64,000 nt of DNA from Bacteroidota bacterium (GTDB lineage: Bacteria; Bacteroidota; Ignavibacteria; UBA10030; SZUA-254). Shown in pieces: positions 30,359 to 40,819 of this stretch. A model generated the notes under the pieces. The model worked only from the letters and a program-made list of their open reading frames with translations. It did not search any database and was not told the DNA's origin. Every line of letters begins with the position of its first letter. Within the stretch, counting starts at the first letter, position 1. A program made the position numbers and the translations under genes. Where the stretch lies: NCBI GenBank assembly GCA_044449065.1, contig JBIOHP010000004.1:141884-205883 (forward strand). Direction: 5' to 3'.

Positions 30359-30676
30359 TCACCCTTCCACTTTATAAATTTCCCGGTGGCCCGAATCGAC
30401 AAACTTATGATATTCGGCAAATGATTTCGCGAATTTCGCGTCCGCCATCGATTTGTTGATCATCTCCTGATATTTTTCGAGATTATCGGTCTCCACTTCC
30501 ATCACGGCTGTCCAGTACCGTTCGCCGCTTACATCGGTCATGATGCGGACTTCGCCTTTGTACCCGACTTTTTTCATCTGGGTATTCGCCTCTTTAAATC
30601 GCTGCACAAGATCTTTCACCATGCCGGGCTTGCAGTGCATCACGTCTCGGATGATATACATAAAAACTCCTTTCAC
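30359..30676 (-). CDS. Small NIPSNAP/dimeric alpha-beta barrel-like protein
   Basis: YIIRDVMHCKPG, RIMTDVSGERYWT, GHREIYKVE; SD AAGGAG just upstream of the second Met. Confidence 0.6.
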   Translation of the reverse strand: MKGVFMYIIRDVMHCKPGMVKDLVQRFKEANTQMKKVGYKGEVRIMTDVSGERYWTAVMEVETDNLEKYQEMINKSMADAKFAKSFAEYHKFVDSGHREIYKVEG

Positions 30677-30864
30677 TCATGTTATAAAAATTGTTGAGGG
30701 TTATTCCTGATGTATGAATAACGAGGCAATGGTAATACGAGTTCCCGATAATGAACGTGCTGATAAACGCCATATCTTCTTTAGATACAACGGCTTTCAG
30801 GCAATAAATGATTGGATGCTAATACGGCTGTTCCGGCGTCTGGTACGTCCGGCTGGAGAGGGGA

Positions 30865-31812
30865 TCAAAAGATTTTTTTCAACAGCGCAGGATCGATATT
30901 CCCCCCGCTGATGACCGCGCAGATTTTTTTGCCCCGTATGCCCATGGCATTTTTCATGGCAGCGGCGGGTGCGACGGCGCCGGTCGGCTCCACGATAATT
31001 TTCATCCGCTCGATAAAATATTTCATCATCGGATAGAGATCGTCGTCACTGACGGTAATAACGTCGTCGACATATTTTTGGATGATGCCGAAATTCATCG
31101 CGCCAACGGCGTTCGTCCGCATCCCATCGGCAATGGTATTAACTGAAGCGAGCGATATAATCTTTCCTGCGCGGATGGATCGCCAGCAATCGTTAGCCCC
31201 TTCCGTTTCCACACCGATCACCTTCACGGCAGGAAAAAGATTTTTTGCCGCAATCGCGCAGCCGGCGATCAATCCGCCGCCGCCAATTGGCACGAACAGG
31301 TAATCGAGGTCTTGCATCTCCTTGAAAATTTCAAGAACGACTGTTCCCTGACCGCAGATAATTTTTTCATCGTGAAATGGGTGGATGAGGGTATAACCGT
31401 GCGCGGAAATAAGTTCGTTTGTCTTACGTTCCCTGTCGTTAATGGTTGTACCGCAAAATACAACTTCCGCGCCATACTCTTTTGTCGCTTCGATTTTACT
31501 TGAGACGGAATTTTGCGGCATAACAATGACTGCTTTGATGCCGAAAAGTTTGGCGGCGAGTGCAACTCCCTGTGCGTGGTTTCCCGATGAGTGAGCGATC
31601 ACTCCTCGTTTTCGCTGGTCTTCAGTTAATGATGCAATTTTGTTGTAGGCGCCGCGGAATTTAAACGCGCCAACCCGCTGGAAGTTTTCCGCTTTAAAAT
31701 AGATTTCATTCGCCGAGGTACCATTCAACGTTCGTGATGAAAGCAGGGGAGTTTTATGCACAACAGGTTTGAGTATGCGGTACGCATCCTCGATGTCGCT
31801 GAAGGTAATCAT
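30865..31812 (-). CDS. PLP-dependent threonine/serine dehydratase / serine racemase family
   Basis: ENFQRVGAFKFRGA, SSGNHAQG, PIGGGGLIAG, VEPTGA, SGGN. Confidence 0.93.
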   Translation of the reverse strand: MITFSDIEDAYRILKPVVHKTPLLSSRTLNGTSANEIYFKAENFQRVGAFKFRGAYNKIASLTEDQRKRGVIAHSSGNHAQGVALAAKLFGIKAVIVMPQNSVSSKIEATKEYGAEVVFCGTTINDRERKTNELISAHGYTLIHPFHDEKIICGQGTVVLEIFKEMQDLDYLFVPIGGGGLIAGCAIAAKNLFPAVKVIGVETEGANDCWRSIRAGKIISLASVNTIADGMRTNAVGAMNFGIIQKYVDDVITVSDDDLYPMMKYFIERMKIIVEPTGAVAPAAAMKNAMGIRGKKICAVISGGNIDPALLKKIF

Positions 31813-32837
31813 ATCGTGAGAACAATTTTTCCAATATTCAAACGCTGCTCCATGCGCCGATGAGCGTCAGCGGCTTTGGCTAGCGGAAATTCGGAGCCGA
31901 TCACGGGTTTTAGGATCCCAAGATCATAATAATAAAGCGTTTTCACGAGTTCTTCTTTCGTTCCCATAAACGAACCGTACAGCGTAAGCTGTTTGGAGAA
32001 AAGATACCGGAGATCCGTCGTTGCCAGATAATTTGTTGTGGAACCGCATGTTACCAGCCGTCCCCCTTTTTTCATAATCTTAATGCTCTTTTCGAAAATT
32101 TCTCCGCCGGTATGTTCGAAAACCACATCGACGCCTTGCTTATCCGTCATCCGGCGCGCTTCCTCGATAAAGTTTTTCTCCCGGTAGTTGATCACTTCAT
32201 CCGCACCGAGCTTTTTTGCGAGGGATAATTTCTCATCGGAACCGGCGGTCGTGATGACGCGTCCTTTGAAGAGTTTGACTATCTGGATTGCCGCAGTGCC
32301 GACGCCGCTTCCTCCCCCATGCACGAGCACTGTCTCTCCTTCTTTAATTTTTGCGAGGGCGATAAGCATATGCCAAGCGGTAAGAAACACCAGTGGGAAC
32401 GCCGCACCTTCCTGGAACGACATTTTTTCGGGCATTGGGAGTATATTGCGAAATGGAAGTTTTACATACTCCGCATACGTGCCATCTTCCAGAGTTCCGA
32501 GCACGTGGTAACGCGCGCACATGTTTTCCCTCCCGCCAAGGCAGAATGAACAATTTCCGCAGCCGATACCGGGAGAAATCAGCACCCGGTCGCCTTTTTT
32601 AAAGGACGTACCCGACGATCCTATTTCTTCAATGACGCCGGCGCCATCGGAACCGGGAACATGAGGCAGAGGGATATTCTTCTCTCTCTCGCCGCTCCTG
32701 ATAAAAACGTCGAGATGATTTAACGCCGCCGCTTTCATCCGGATGAGAACTTCCCCGCCGGTAAGAACAGGTTTTTCGATTTTTTCGTATTTCAAAACAT
32801 CTGCATTGCCGAAAGCATGGAATCGAATTGCGTTCAT
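31809..32837 (-). CDS. Zinc-binding medium-chain dehydrogenase/reductase
   Basis: ALNHLD, structural Zn site CGNCSFC..ENMC, TAWHML, HGGGSGVG. Confidence 0.9.
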   Translation of the reverse strand: MNAIRFHAFGNADVLKYEKIEKPVLTGGEVLIRMKAAALNHLDVFIRSGEREKNIPLPHVPGSDGAGVIEEIGSSGTSFKKGDRVLISPGIGCGNCSFCLGGRENMCARYHVLGTLEDGTYAEYVKLPFRNILPMPEKMSFQEGAAFPLVFLTAWHMLIALAKIKEGETVLVHGGGSGVGTAAIQIVKLFKGRVITTAGSDEKLSLAKKLGADEVINYREKNFIEEARRMTDKQGVDVVFEHTGGEIFEKSIKIMKKGGRLVTCGSTTNYLATTDLRYLFSKQLTLYGSFMGTKEELVKTLYYYDLGILKPVIGSEFPLAKAADAHRRMEQRLNIGKIVLTI

Positions 32838-32843
32838 TCTTTG

Positions 32844-34439
32844 TTATCGCCCCGCCCTGGGAGCCGCTGCTTTCACAGCTTCAGACGCCTGGTCGGCATA
32901 TTGCTCAAAGTTTTTATGAAATCGACCCGCAAGGTCATTTGCCTTTTCGTCGTACGCGTGTTTATCACTCCACGTATCGCGCGGGCTGAGCACTTCTTTT
33001 GGAACGCTATCGACGCATTGCGGGATTTGCAATCCGAAAATCGGATCGGTTGTGGTTGGGACATTTGAGACCGAACCATTGAGGATGGCGGCGATCATTG
33101 CACGGGTGTGACCGATTTTCATCCTGCTGCCCGTTCCAAATGCTCCCCCGGTCCAGCCGGTGTTCACCAACCAGCAGGCGGCTTTATGCCTTGAAATTTT
33201 TTCACGCAGCATTTCTGCATACACCGTGGGATGATGCACCATGAACGGCGCTCCGAAACAGGTGCTGAACGTTGCCTGCGGCTCGCTGCCAACCCCTTTT
33301 TCGGTCCCTGCTACTTTCGCCGTATATCCCGAAATGAAATGATACATCGCCTGGTCGGGAGTAAGTTTTGAGATTGGCGGCAGCACGCCGAATGCATCTG
33401 CGGTGAGCATGATAATATTATTCGGATGACCTCCCATACCTGATGGTTCCGCATGTTCGATAAAACTGAGCGGGTAAGCTGCGCGCGTGTTCTCCGTGAA
33501 CGATGCGTCGTCAAGATCGAGATGGCGGGTGTTGTAATTTATTTTCACATTTTCCAGCACAGTACCGAAGCGTTTCGTCGTTTGATAGATTTCCGGTTCC
33601 GCTTCAGGCGATAACCGGATCACTTTTGCGTAACAGCCCCCTTCGAAGTTAAAGACGCCATGGTCGCTCCAACCGTGTTCATCATCGCCGATAAGTCTTC
33701 TTGATGGATCGGCGGAGAGCGTTGTTTTCCCCGTGCCTGAAAGACCGAAAAATACAGCCGCGTCCCCGTTTGCGCCGATGTTCGCAGAACAATGCATGGG
33801 GAAAACCTGTTTGAGCGGGAGGAGATAATTCATGATGGTGAACACCGATTTTTTGATTTCGCCCGCGTAACTTGTTCCGCCGATGAGGACTATCCGTTTG
33901 GAAAAATCTATGATGATGCAAATCTCGGAGTTTGTGCCGTCGATCTCCGGAATCGCGTGAAAGCTCGGCGCGTCGAAAATGGTGAATTCGGGTTTGTGAT
34001 TTTTCAACTCGTTGCGGTCGGTTTTGATAAAAAGATTGCGGGAGAACAAATTATGCCAGGCGGTTTGCGTGATGACGCGGAGGGCGAGCCGGTAGCGCGG
34101 ATCGGCGCCGGCGTAACAATCCTGGATAAACAGTTCTCGCGTCTGCCAGAACGAGAGCATGCGATTATAGAGGTTTTTGAATTTATCGGGGTCGATCGGG
34201 CGGTTCACTTTACCCCACCAGACTTTTCCCTCGCTTGACGGTTCTTTGACGATAAATTTATCGTTTGGCGATCTGCCGGTATGATGACCTGTGCGGGCGA
34301 CTAACGGACCCCGATGCGAGAGCACCGCCTCGCGGCGTTTGACCGCTTCCTCCACCAGCCCCGGCGTGGCAAGATTCCAGTATTCGGGTCCGTTGTTCTC
34401 CAATCCATACATTTCCAAACCGTATTTTGACCGATCCAT
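32844..34439 (-). CDS. pckA: Phosphoenolpyruvate carboxykinase (ATP)
   Basis: [47 protein letters not shown]. Confidence 0.98.
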   Translation of the reverse strand: MDRSKYGLEMYGLENNGPEYWNLATPGLVEEAVKRREAVLSHRGPLVARTGHHTGRSPNDKFIVKEPSSEGKVWWGKVNRPIDPDKFKNLYNRMLSFWQTRELFIQDCYAGADPRYRLALRVITQTAWHNLFSRNLFIKTDRNELKNHKPEFTIFDAPSFHAIPEIDGTNSEICIIIDFSKRIVLIGGTSYAGEIKKSVFTIMNYLLPLKQVFPMHCSANIGANGDAAVFFGLSGTGKTTLSADPSRRLIGDDEHGWSDHGVFNFEGGCYAKVIRLSPEAEPEIYQTTKRFGTVLENVKINYNTRHLDLDDASFTENTRAAYPLSFIEHAEPSGMGGHPNNIIMLTADAFGVLPPISKLTPDQAMYHFISGYTAKVAGTEKGVGSEPQATFSTCFGAPFMVHHPTVYAEMLREKISRHKAACWLVNTGWTGGAFGTGSRMKIGHTRAMIAAILNGSVSNVPTTTDPIFGLQIPQCVDSVPKEVLSPRDTWSDKHAYDEKANDLAGRFHKNFEQYADQASEAVKAAAPRAGR

Positions 34440-34597
34440 GAGCTCGCTAACTCCTTTGTAATGCTTGTTTTATGTATTATCGTAATAAAAAGTTGAAAAT
34501 AAAATAAGAAAAATTGTATGTGGAACAAAATAAGACAAATTTATATTATTTGGGATGCCGCCTCATAGCCTATCAAATTAACATCGATAATTTGATG

Positions 34598-34632
34598 AAG
34601 AAACGATCAGGCTCTTTCTCGAGAACCTGATC
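34598..34632 (-). terminator. Probable intrinsic terminator downstream of the 927-aa secreted protein gene
   Basis: GATCAGG/CCTGATC stem followed by GTTTCTT on the minus strand. Confidence 0.5.
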
Positions 34633-34717
34633 AGTTCATCGTTTTCTTATAGTTCTATCAGATTGAATCTGCGTGTGAAGCAGTCAAAGAATACCGGTGC
34701 GTTACTAAATACGCAGG

Positions 34718-37501
34718 TCACTTCATAAAAATCATTTTCTTTACATCTGTGTAGGATCCCGCGTTGAGCCGGTAGATATAGACGCCGCTCGGGATATTTG
34801 CCATTTCGAATTTTACGCTCTTGCTGCCGGGTTCCTGCTGGGCGTCGACAAGCCTGGAAATCTCCTGGCCCAGCATATTATACACCGTGAGTGTGACATG
34901 CGTAGCGCTGGGAAGCTGGTAGCGGATAATCGTTCCGGGATTGAACGGATTGGGATAATTCTGCAACAGGGCAAATTGTTTCGGGAGTTCTTTGCCCGGG
35001 AGAACGCCTAATGTCGTTCCGTTGATGGTGAATTGCCGGGGATTGGCGGTGGTGAACAGATAACTGCCGGTGATCTTCATATCTAACGCCGTTCCTGTGA
35101 GGTTATCTGTTAATTGCAATTGGATGCTATCCGGAACTGTTGCTTTAAGTTTATTTAGATCCCACGATAAGGTAATATCCGAGTTTTCCGAAGGTGCAAC
35201 GGTAAATATCCATGAAAATGTCTTCGGTGATTTTATATCCGTGTCAAATTTTGCACCGAGGATCGGCGCCCAATCAGGGTGATTGAAATATTCCTGAATA
35301 TATTTCCCCCCGGGGGGAGCAGGTGGTTTCGGTTGATCATAACGCACGTCGAACCCGTCGGTTGCGTCGGATTTAACACCGAAATATAACGATTGATCGG
35401 CGCATGTTGACGTCGATGCTATGATATTGACCTGCCAATCGGTTGGGGAGCTCGGGGAGATCTGCGGTTTCGGGAGCGGAACAATATTGCCGGGAGGAGG
35501 ACTGACAACGAGACTGACGCCGGATTGCAGTGTGCCGAGCCAGTATCCGCCCCAGGGGTATACTGTATCGACGGATTGGTAATTCTGCGATACCGGATCA
35601 TATTTTTGAATTCCCGTTGTTATCCATCCGTTGGCGATCGCCGTATCGTACGGGACGGTTAATCCCGCCCTCCGAAAGCGAAGATAACTTTTTGACACCG
35701 GAACAACAAGGGGATCGGAGATGATGCCGAATCCAACCGGCAGCGCAATAACGTTTGAATCGGTAATTGCTAATCCTTTCACATCGACCATAAAATTGTG
35801 CAGCAATCCCAGCCAGTATCCATGACCCTGCGATACCGAATCCGGGATGTTGTAACCGTTTGCCGGCGAATAATCATAGACGTAATATGCTTCGTGGATA
35901 TTATCGCCGAATGTTCCCGCGAGCGTGGGATTTGATGGTTTTAATGCAGTGCCGAGGAGATTCCAACCGGCGCTAAAGTTGTTTGCGATACTATCACCAA
36001 CCAGGGTGAAAGTATGAGCGCTGACAGCGCTGGCGCTATTGCCCATCGAATCGAATGCTGTAACTCTGATGCTGCCGCTGCTACGGAGATACGCTGCGGG
36101 CGTTAGCCAGGTGTAAGACGTATTCAATCCGTGCAGGGTGGTCAGCGGTTGATAGCTATGCCCGGTATCCAGAGAGGTATACACTATAATAGAATCGATG
36201 CCTGTGCGATCGGTGTTACTCCAGTTGAGGTTGTAAGAGCTATTCGCGCGGATGATCTCGCCGCCATTAGGTTTCAGAACAGTGACCACAGGCGGCGTGC
36301 TATCGCCAACCATTATATCGAAATGCCGAACTCCACCGGCGCCTGAATTGTAACTGTAGGTCATACCGGCGCTTTTAAGATTTTTTCGCGTTCCGGCAGT
36401 GAGATCTTTAAGCAATACTCCAAACCTGCCCGGTATCCTGCCGTCGGATGTAAAATTAATCGTAATCAATGAATCGGCAAGGTCAGTGTTGACGTCGAAC
36501 TGCCAGTGAATCACGGTATCGCCTATGGCGTGTTCAGCGCGGATATCATCGGCAAAGTTATTGCCGATCGGCTGGTTCCATTCCGGGTGCGGGAAATAGA
36601 GCTGGATGAAATTTCCCGGCGGCTGGGGAGCTTCGGGCAGATCGTACGAGGGATCGAAGCCGTCATTTGCCGATTTCGCGACGCCAAGAAAATTATTGTT
36701 GGCGGTCGTCGAACTTGTGAACGCGGTCAGTTTCAATTTCCATGTCGTCGTGGTATCGGTTGTGACGCCTGCTTTATACAGCGCCTGGATTTCTGTATCG
36801 ACGAGCGCGCGGTTATAAAGCCGGATATCGTCAAGAGCGCCGTACATCTGTTCCGCTCCAACGACTTTATTCCAGCCGATATTGACCGGAACGGTATTGG
36901 TGGATCTAGGAATGGTTATTGCCAGCGCGCTATCAAGAACGCCGTTTAAATAAATCAAACTGGTGTCATTTCTTACTATTACCAGAATATGTTCCCATGC
37001 ATTTTGATGAATGGTATCGCCGGAAAAATGATAAAAGGTTTGTCCGAGACTGTCTTTCAATCCGAAAACAACTTTTTTATATTCGGTTCCTGATACACCC
37101 GCAACATAGGAAATCCCTACGCTCCACGGATAAATACTACCGATCGATTCGTCGCGTTTGGCAATTATCGTGTGATAATTGTTTGAGGGAGCAATCGATT
37201 TAACCCATGTCGAAATGGTGAGATCGTTTGTCAGGTTCAGACTCACATTATGGGGGACCTGAATATAATTACCGACGCCATCGAAAGAGTATGCCCGGTT
37301 CGCGTTACCGAACCGGTCGAAGGTGAGCGTTGCGCCAAACACGGCGCCGTTATTGCTATTGCCGCTTGAATCGGATGCATTACCGGTGAACGGATAGGAT
37401 GCGACCAAGCCCGAATCTAATTTTACCTGTGAACTCGCCGTTGTTATCCCGGCAACGATCAGGCATAGCAACAACAGGATTGTACTGTAAAAATTTTTCA
37501 T
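34718..37501 (-). CDS. Secreted protein with LamG-like domain, Ig-like domain and T9SS type-A C-terminal sorting domain
   Basis: Signal peptide; LVASYPFTGNASD..GALDDIRLYNRAL (LamG); PNGGE; FALLQNYPNPFNP..SGVYIYRL..KKMIFMK (CTD). Confidence 0.88.
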   Translation of the reverse strand: MKNFYSTILLLLCLIVAGITTASSQVKLDSGLVASYPFTGNASDSSGNSNNGAVFGATLTFDRFGNANRAYSFDGVGNYIQVPHNVSLNLTNDLTISTWVKSIAPSNNYHTIIAKRDESIGSIYPWSVGISYVAGVSGTEYKKVVFGLKDSLGQTFYHFSGDTIHQNAWEHILVIVRNDTSLIYLNGVLDSALAITIPRSTNTVPVNIGWNKVVGAEQMYGALDDIRLYNRALVDTEIQALYKAGVTTDTTTTWKLKLTAFTSSTTANNNFLGVAKSANDGFDPSYDLPEAPQPPGNFIQLYFPHPEWNQPIGNNFADDIRAEHAIGDTVIHWQFDVNTDLADSLITINFTSDGRIPGRFGVLLKDLTAGTRKNLKSAGMTYSYNSGAGGVRHFDIMVGDSTPPVVTVLKPNGGEIIRANSSYNLNWSNTDRTGIDSIIVYTSLDTGHSYQPLTTLHGLNTSYTWLTPAAYLRSSGSIRVTAFDSMGNSASAVSAHTFTLVGDSIANNFSAGWNLLGTALKPSNPTLAGTFGDNIHEAYYVYDYSPANGYNIPDSVSQGHGYWLGLLHNFMVDVKGLAITDSNVIALPVGFGIISDPLVVPVSKSYLRFRRAGLTVPYDTAIANGWITTGIQKYDPVSQNYQSVDTVYPWGGYWLGTLQSGVSLVVSPPPGNIVPLPKPQISPSSPTDWQVNIIASTSTCADQSLYFGVKSDATDGFDVRYDQPKPPAPPGGKYIQEYFNHPDWAPILGAKFDTDIKSPKTFSWIFTVAPSENSDITLSWDLNKLKATVPDSIQLQLTDNLTGTALDMKITGSYLFTTANPRQFTINGTTLGVLPGKELPKQFALLQNYPNPFNPGTIIRYQLPSATHVTLTVYNMLGQEISRLVDAQQEPGSKSVKFEMANIPSGVYIYRLNAGSYTDVKKMIFMK

Positions 37502-38006
37502 AGAATACTCCCCGTATCATGAAAGTGAATGAGTTGAAGAATTAAATTTTGAATTGCCGAAACTAACATCTGTAGTATTACCAAGGAGAAGTAGTAATAA
37601 TATACAATATTTTAAACAATAACGATTTCAACAATAGTGCCCCGGATGAGGTGAACCGGCGTTAAGTATAAGTAAACAAATTCGATAGATGTAATCCGTG
37701 ATTCAGATCACAGGTTTAGATATTGATAATGGCATGAAATCCATACATTTATTTAAAATAATCATCAATCAATGTCGCATTAGAAAAATTTAAAAGATAT
37801 TATTCGTGAAATGTCAATTCTCTCAATTTTAGCACTTGTTTTTTATGATCTTAGCTATATAATATAGACTCTTTCCATACCTGAACTATCCATCATATTA
37901 TCAACAGGTTTGGCTAAGGTTAAGAATGAATAAGATAATTTCACCATTTTATTGTTAAAAAAATAAACTCGAGTCATAAATTCCAACTACGAGGCACGCG
38001 ACTAAT

Positions 38007-38049
38007 TTGCTTTTCGTTACGCCAAAACATATATTTAGGTATGCCTAAA
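38007..38049 (+). promoter_or_regulatory. Sigma70 promoter overlapped by a DtxR/MntR-type operator
   Basis: TTGCTT (38007-38012), 17 bp, TATATT (38030-38035); palindrome TTTAGG-TATG-CCTAAA (38034-38049). Confidence 0.8.
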
Positions 38050-38061
38050 CTTATTAAATAA

Positions 38062-38724
38062 ATGATGCAAACTCAATCTGAAGAAGATTACATAAAAGGC
38101 ATTTATTTTCTCCAAAAGGAGAATGAAAGCGTAGCAACTTCTGTTCTGGCGAAACATCTCGGTATTGGGGATGGATCGGTGACCGATATGATGAAGAAAC
38201 TTTCACAGAAACGGTTTATCAATTATGAGCGATACCAGGGAGTAACGCTTACTACTGCTGGAAGACGGCTTGCCTTAAAGCTGGTTCGCAGACACCGCTT
38301 GTGGGAAATGTTTCTCGTGCAATTTCTCGGCTACACCTGGGATGAAATCCACAATGAAGCGGAAATCCTCGAACATGTAACGTCGGACGATCTCGAATCG
38401 CGAATCGATCAGGCGCTTGGCTACCCCAAAGTCGATCCGCATGGCGATCCCATCCCCACGCCGGACGGCGATCTTGTCGAGCTCAGGTACAAAAATTTAT
38501 CCGAATGCACCGAAGGAGAAAGGGGAGTCGTCCTCCGTGTGAAAGATGGAAACCCGGAGATATTGAAGTATATGACGAAACTCGGACTCGGTCTTAACAA
38601 GAGAGTTGAAATAATTCAAAAAATTCAATTTGACGGGTCGGTGATTGTTAAGATCGACGGGAAAGAAGTGCCGTTGAGCGAGAAACTGGCGCAGTCGATT
38701 TTTGTGCAGACGGTGGAAGCGTGA
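38062..38724 (+). CDS. mntR: DtxR/MntR-family metal-dependent repressor with FeoA domain
   Basis: EDYIKGIY, RRHRLWEMFL, EAEILEH, DPHGDPIP. Confidence 0.92.
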   Translation: MMQTQSEEDYIKGIYFLQKENESVATSVLAKHLGIGDGSVTDMMKKLSQKRFINYERYQGVTLTTAGRRLALKLVRRHRLWEMFLVQFLGYTWDEIHNEAEILEHVTSDDLESRIDQALGYPKVDPHGDPIPTPDGDLVELRYKNLSECTEGERGVVLRVKDGNPEILKYMTKLGLGLNKRVEIIQKIQFDGSVIVKIDGKEVPLSEKLAQSIFVQTVEA

Positions 38725-40148
38725 AAGATGAGCCGCCCGATTCCTTGATCCCGAATGATATACATAAATCGGCGTCGATAGACACGCACGCGAACCACCT
38801 ATCATTGGAAGGAGTTCACAGCACCGTTGCGGTTCCGCATCGGGCAGGATTCTGGCTGAACTGGAAAGCATTTGTAGGGCCTGCGCTTCTTGTCAGCGTC
38901 GGCTATATGGACCCCGGCAATTGGGGAACCGATTTGCAAGGAGGAGCGCAGTTCAAGTACGCGTTGCTCTGGGTGGTGGGTCTTGCAAGCTTGATGGCGA
39001 TCTTCATGCAGGTTATCGCCGCCCGTCTTGGCGTGGTGACCGGCAAGGATCTTGCCCAGTGTTGCCGCGATTGGTACCCGGGCTGGACCCGATGGCCTAA
39101 CTGGCTGTTTTCCGAGATTGCGATCGGAGCTTGCGATCTGGCGGAGGTTCTCGGCAGCGCCGTCGCCCTTAACCTGATGTTTCACATTCCTATTCTGTGG
39201 GCGGTGATCATCACCGGCGTCGACGTGCTGCTCCTTCTCGCATTACAGCGGTTCGGAATACGCACCATCGAAGCCGTTGTCTTCCTCCTCATCACAACCA
39301 TCGGCGTATGTTACTTCATCGAGATTTTTATCCTGCCGCAAACCCAGCCGAACTTTCTTGAGATGGGAAGCGCGCTTATATCGCCAAGTCTTGGGCGCGC
39401 GGGAATGATTTATATCGCGATTGGCATCATCGGCGCCACAGTAATGCCCCATAATCTCTATTTGCATTCGGCGCTTGTGCAGAGCCGCAAATTTCAAAAG
39501 GACGAAGCTTCGATGCGCCGTGCAGTGCAATTCAATACCATCGACTCGGTGGTCGCATTGAGCATCGCCTTCTTCGTGAATGCCGCTATTCTCGTGCTGG
39601 CAGCGTTGGTGTTCTACGGCAAGAACAGTGTTACGGCTGCAGGCGGACATGTTGTCGTACTTGGCGCGGAGAGCGATTGGATCCGGGTCGCTTACCTGAC
39701 GCTTGCGCCGCTCCTGGGGACAACAGCCGCCAGCACACTGTTTGCAGTGGCGCTCCTCGCGAGCGGACAAAGCAGCACTATTACCGGAACGCTTGCGGGG
39801 CAGGTTGTGATGGAAGGTTTCATGCATTGGCGGATTAAACCCTGGGTGCGGCGGCTTATTACGCGGACTCTCGCAATTTTACCCGCGGTTTTCATTATTG
39901 GCTTGAGAGGCGATAGCAGTGTTACCGATCTCCTCACGCTCAGTCAAGTCATACTGGCATTGCAGCTACCCTTCTCAATGTATCCCCTGCTCCATTTTAC
40001 CAGCTCGCGCAAACGGATGGGGAAATGGAAAAACGGATTATTTCTCATAGCGGCGGGCTGGGGGAGCGCTCTTCTCATTACCGCAATGGATATTTTCGGT
40101 TTACCGGACTCTCTGAAAGCCGCATGGCATGTCATCACCGGCGGATGA
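38721..40148 (+). CDS. mntH: Nramp-family Mn2+/H+ symporter
   Basis: VGYMDPGNW, GATVMPHNLYLHS, SSTITGTLAGQVVMEGF. Confidence 0.96.
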   Translation: MKDEPPDSLIPNDIHKSASIDTHANHLSLEGVHSTVAVPHRAGFWLNWKAFVGPALLVSVGYMDPGNWGTDLQGGAQFKYALLWVVGLASLMAIFMQVIAARLGVVTGKDLAQCCRDWYPGWTRWPNWLFSEIAIGACDLAEVLGSAVALNLMFHIPILWAVIITGVDVLLLLALQRFGIRTIEAVVFLLITTIGVCYFIEIFILPQTQPNFLEMGSALISPSLGRAGMIYIAIGIIGATVMPHNLYLHSALVQSRKFQKDEASMRRAVQFNTIDSVVALSIAFFVNAAILVLAALVFYGKNSVTAAGGHVVVLGAESDWIRVAYLTLAPLLGTTAASTLFAVALLASGQSSTITGTLAGQVVMEGFMHWRIKPWVRRLITRTLAILPAVFIIGLRGDSSVTDLLTLSQVILALQLPFSMYPLLHFTSSRKRMGKWKNGLFLIAAGWGSALLITAMDIFGLPDSLKAAWHVITGG

Positions 40149-40175
40149 GGTTCATAACGACAAGGAAGAAAGACT

Positions 40176-40601
40176 ATGTATCGAACCATTCTTGTAACAT
40201 TAGACGGCACCCAAACAGATAGGGTGATCGTGGACCATATCAAGCAAGTTGCCCGGTTTGCGCAGGGCCGTGTGGTTCTGCTGCATGTCGCCGATGGCTG
40301 GGCAGCCCGTAAATTCGGTTCTGAGGCAGTCAGCCCCGAAATCACTGAAGACAAAGATTATCTCGAAAAAATTCGAACGGAGTTTCTGGAATGCGGCATA
40401 CAGGCAGAAGCTGAGCTTGCCTTTGGCGAACCCGCCGAGGAAATAGTGAAATGGGTTCAGAAAAATGGCTGCGACCTCATTGCAATGACCACCCACGGCC
40501 ATCGCTTTCTCGCAGATCTGTTTCTAGGAACGACGGTGACAAAAGTGCGGCATAGCGTCAATGTTCCGGTGCTTCTTCTGAAAGCCGGATTGCGCCGCTG
40601 A
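40176..40601 (+). CDS. Universal stress protein
   Basis: ILVTLDG, DLIAMTTHGH, FLGTTVTKV..VPVLLLK. Confidence 0.9.
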   Translation: MYRTILVTLDGTQTDRVIVDHIKQVARFAQGRVVLLHVADGWAARKFGSEAVSPEITEDKDYLEKIRTEFLECGIQAEAELAFGEPAEEIVKWVQKNGCDLIAMTTHGHRFLADLFLGTTVTKVRHSVNVPVLLLKAGLRR

Positions 40602-40819
40602 GTGAAACGTCAAATATGAAGTGGGGGGAGCAAGTAAGAAGTTGTGACTGCTTGTCCCGTTATCGCTGACTCGATGAATTTTTTTCGTAGCTTCGATCTC
40701 CAAAGAGTGCCACTAATTATCGATCCCGGTGCTTGTAGTACAAGGAGGATGCGCCTCCAGACCCTTGTACTCATCAAACTTTCTTGGTCTGTAAATTTGT
40801 TACGCCAAAAATTCAACCC

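Noticed and set aside
40738-40770. yybP-ykoY (Mn) riboswitch upstream of the TBDR
   Set aside because: The hairpin has a faint resemblance to P1/L1 (AAGG-AGGAUGC..AGAC-CCUU) but has no room for the P2-P4 arms, and this riboswitch normally switches on exporters; an RF00080 Infernal search would settle it
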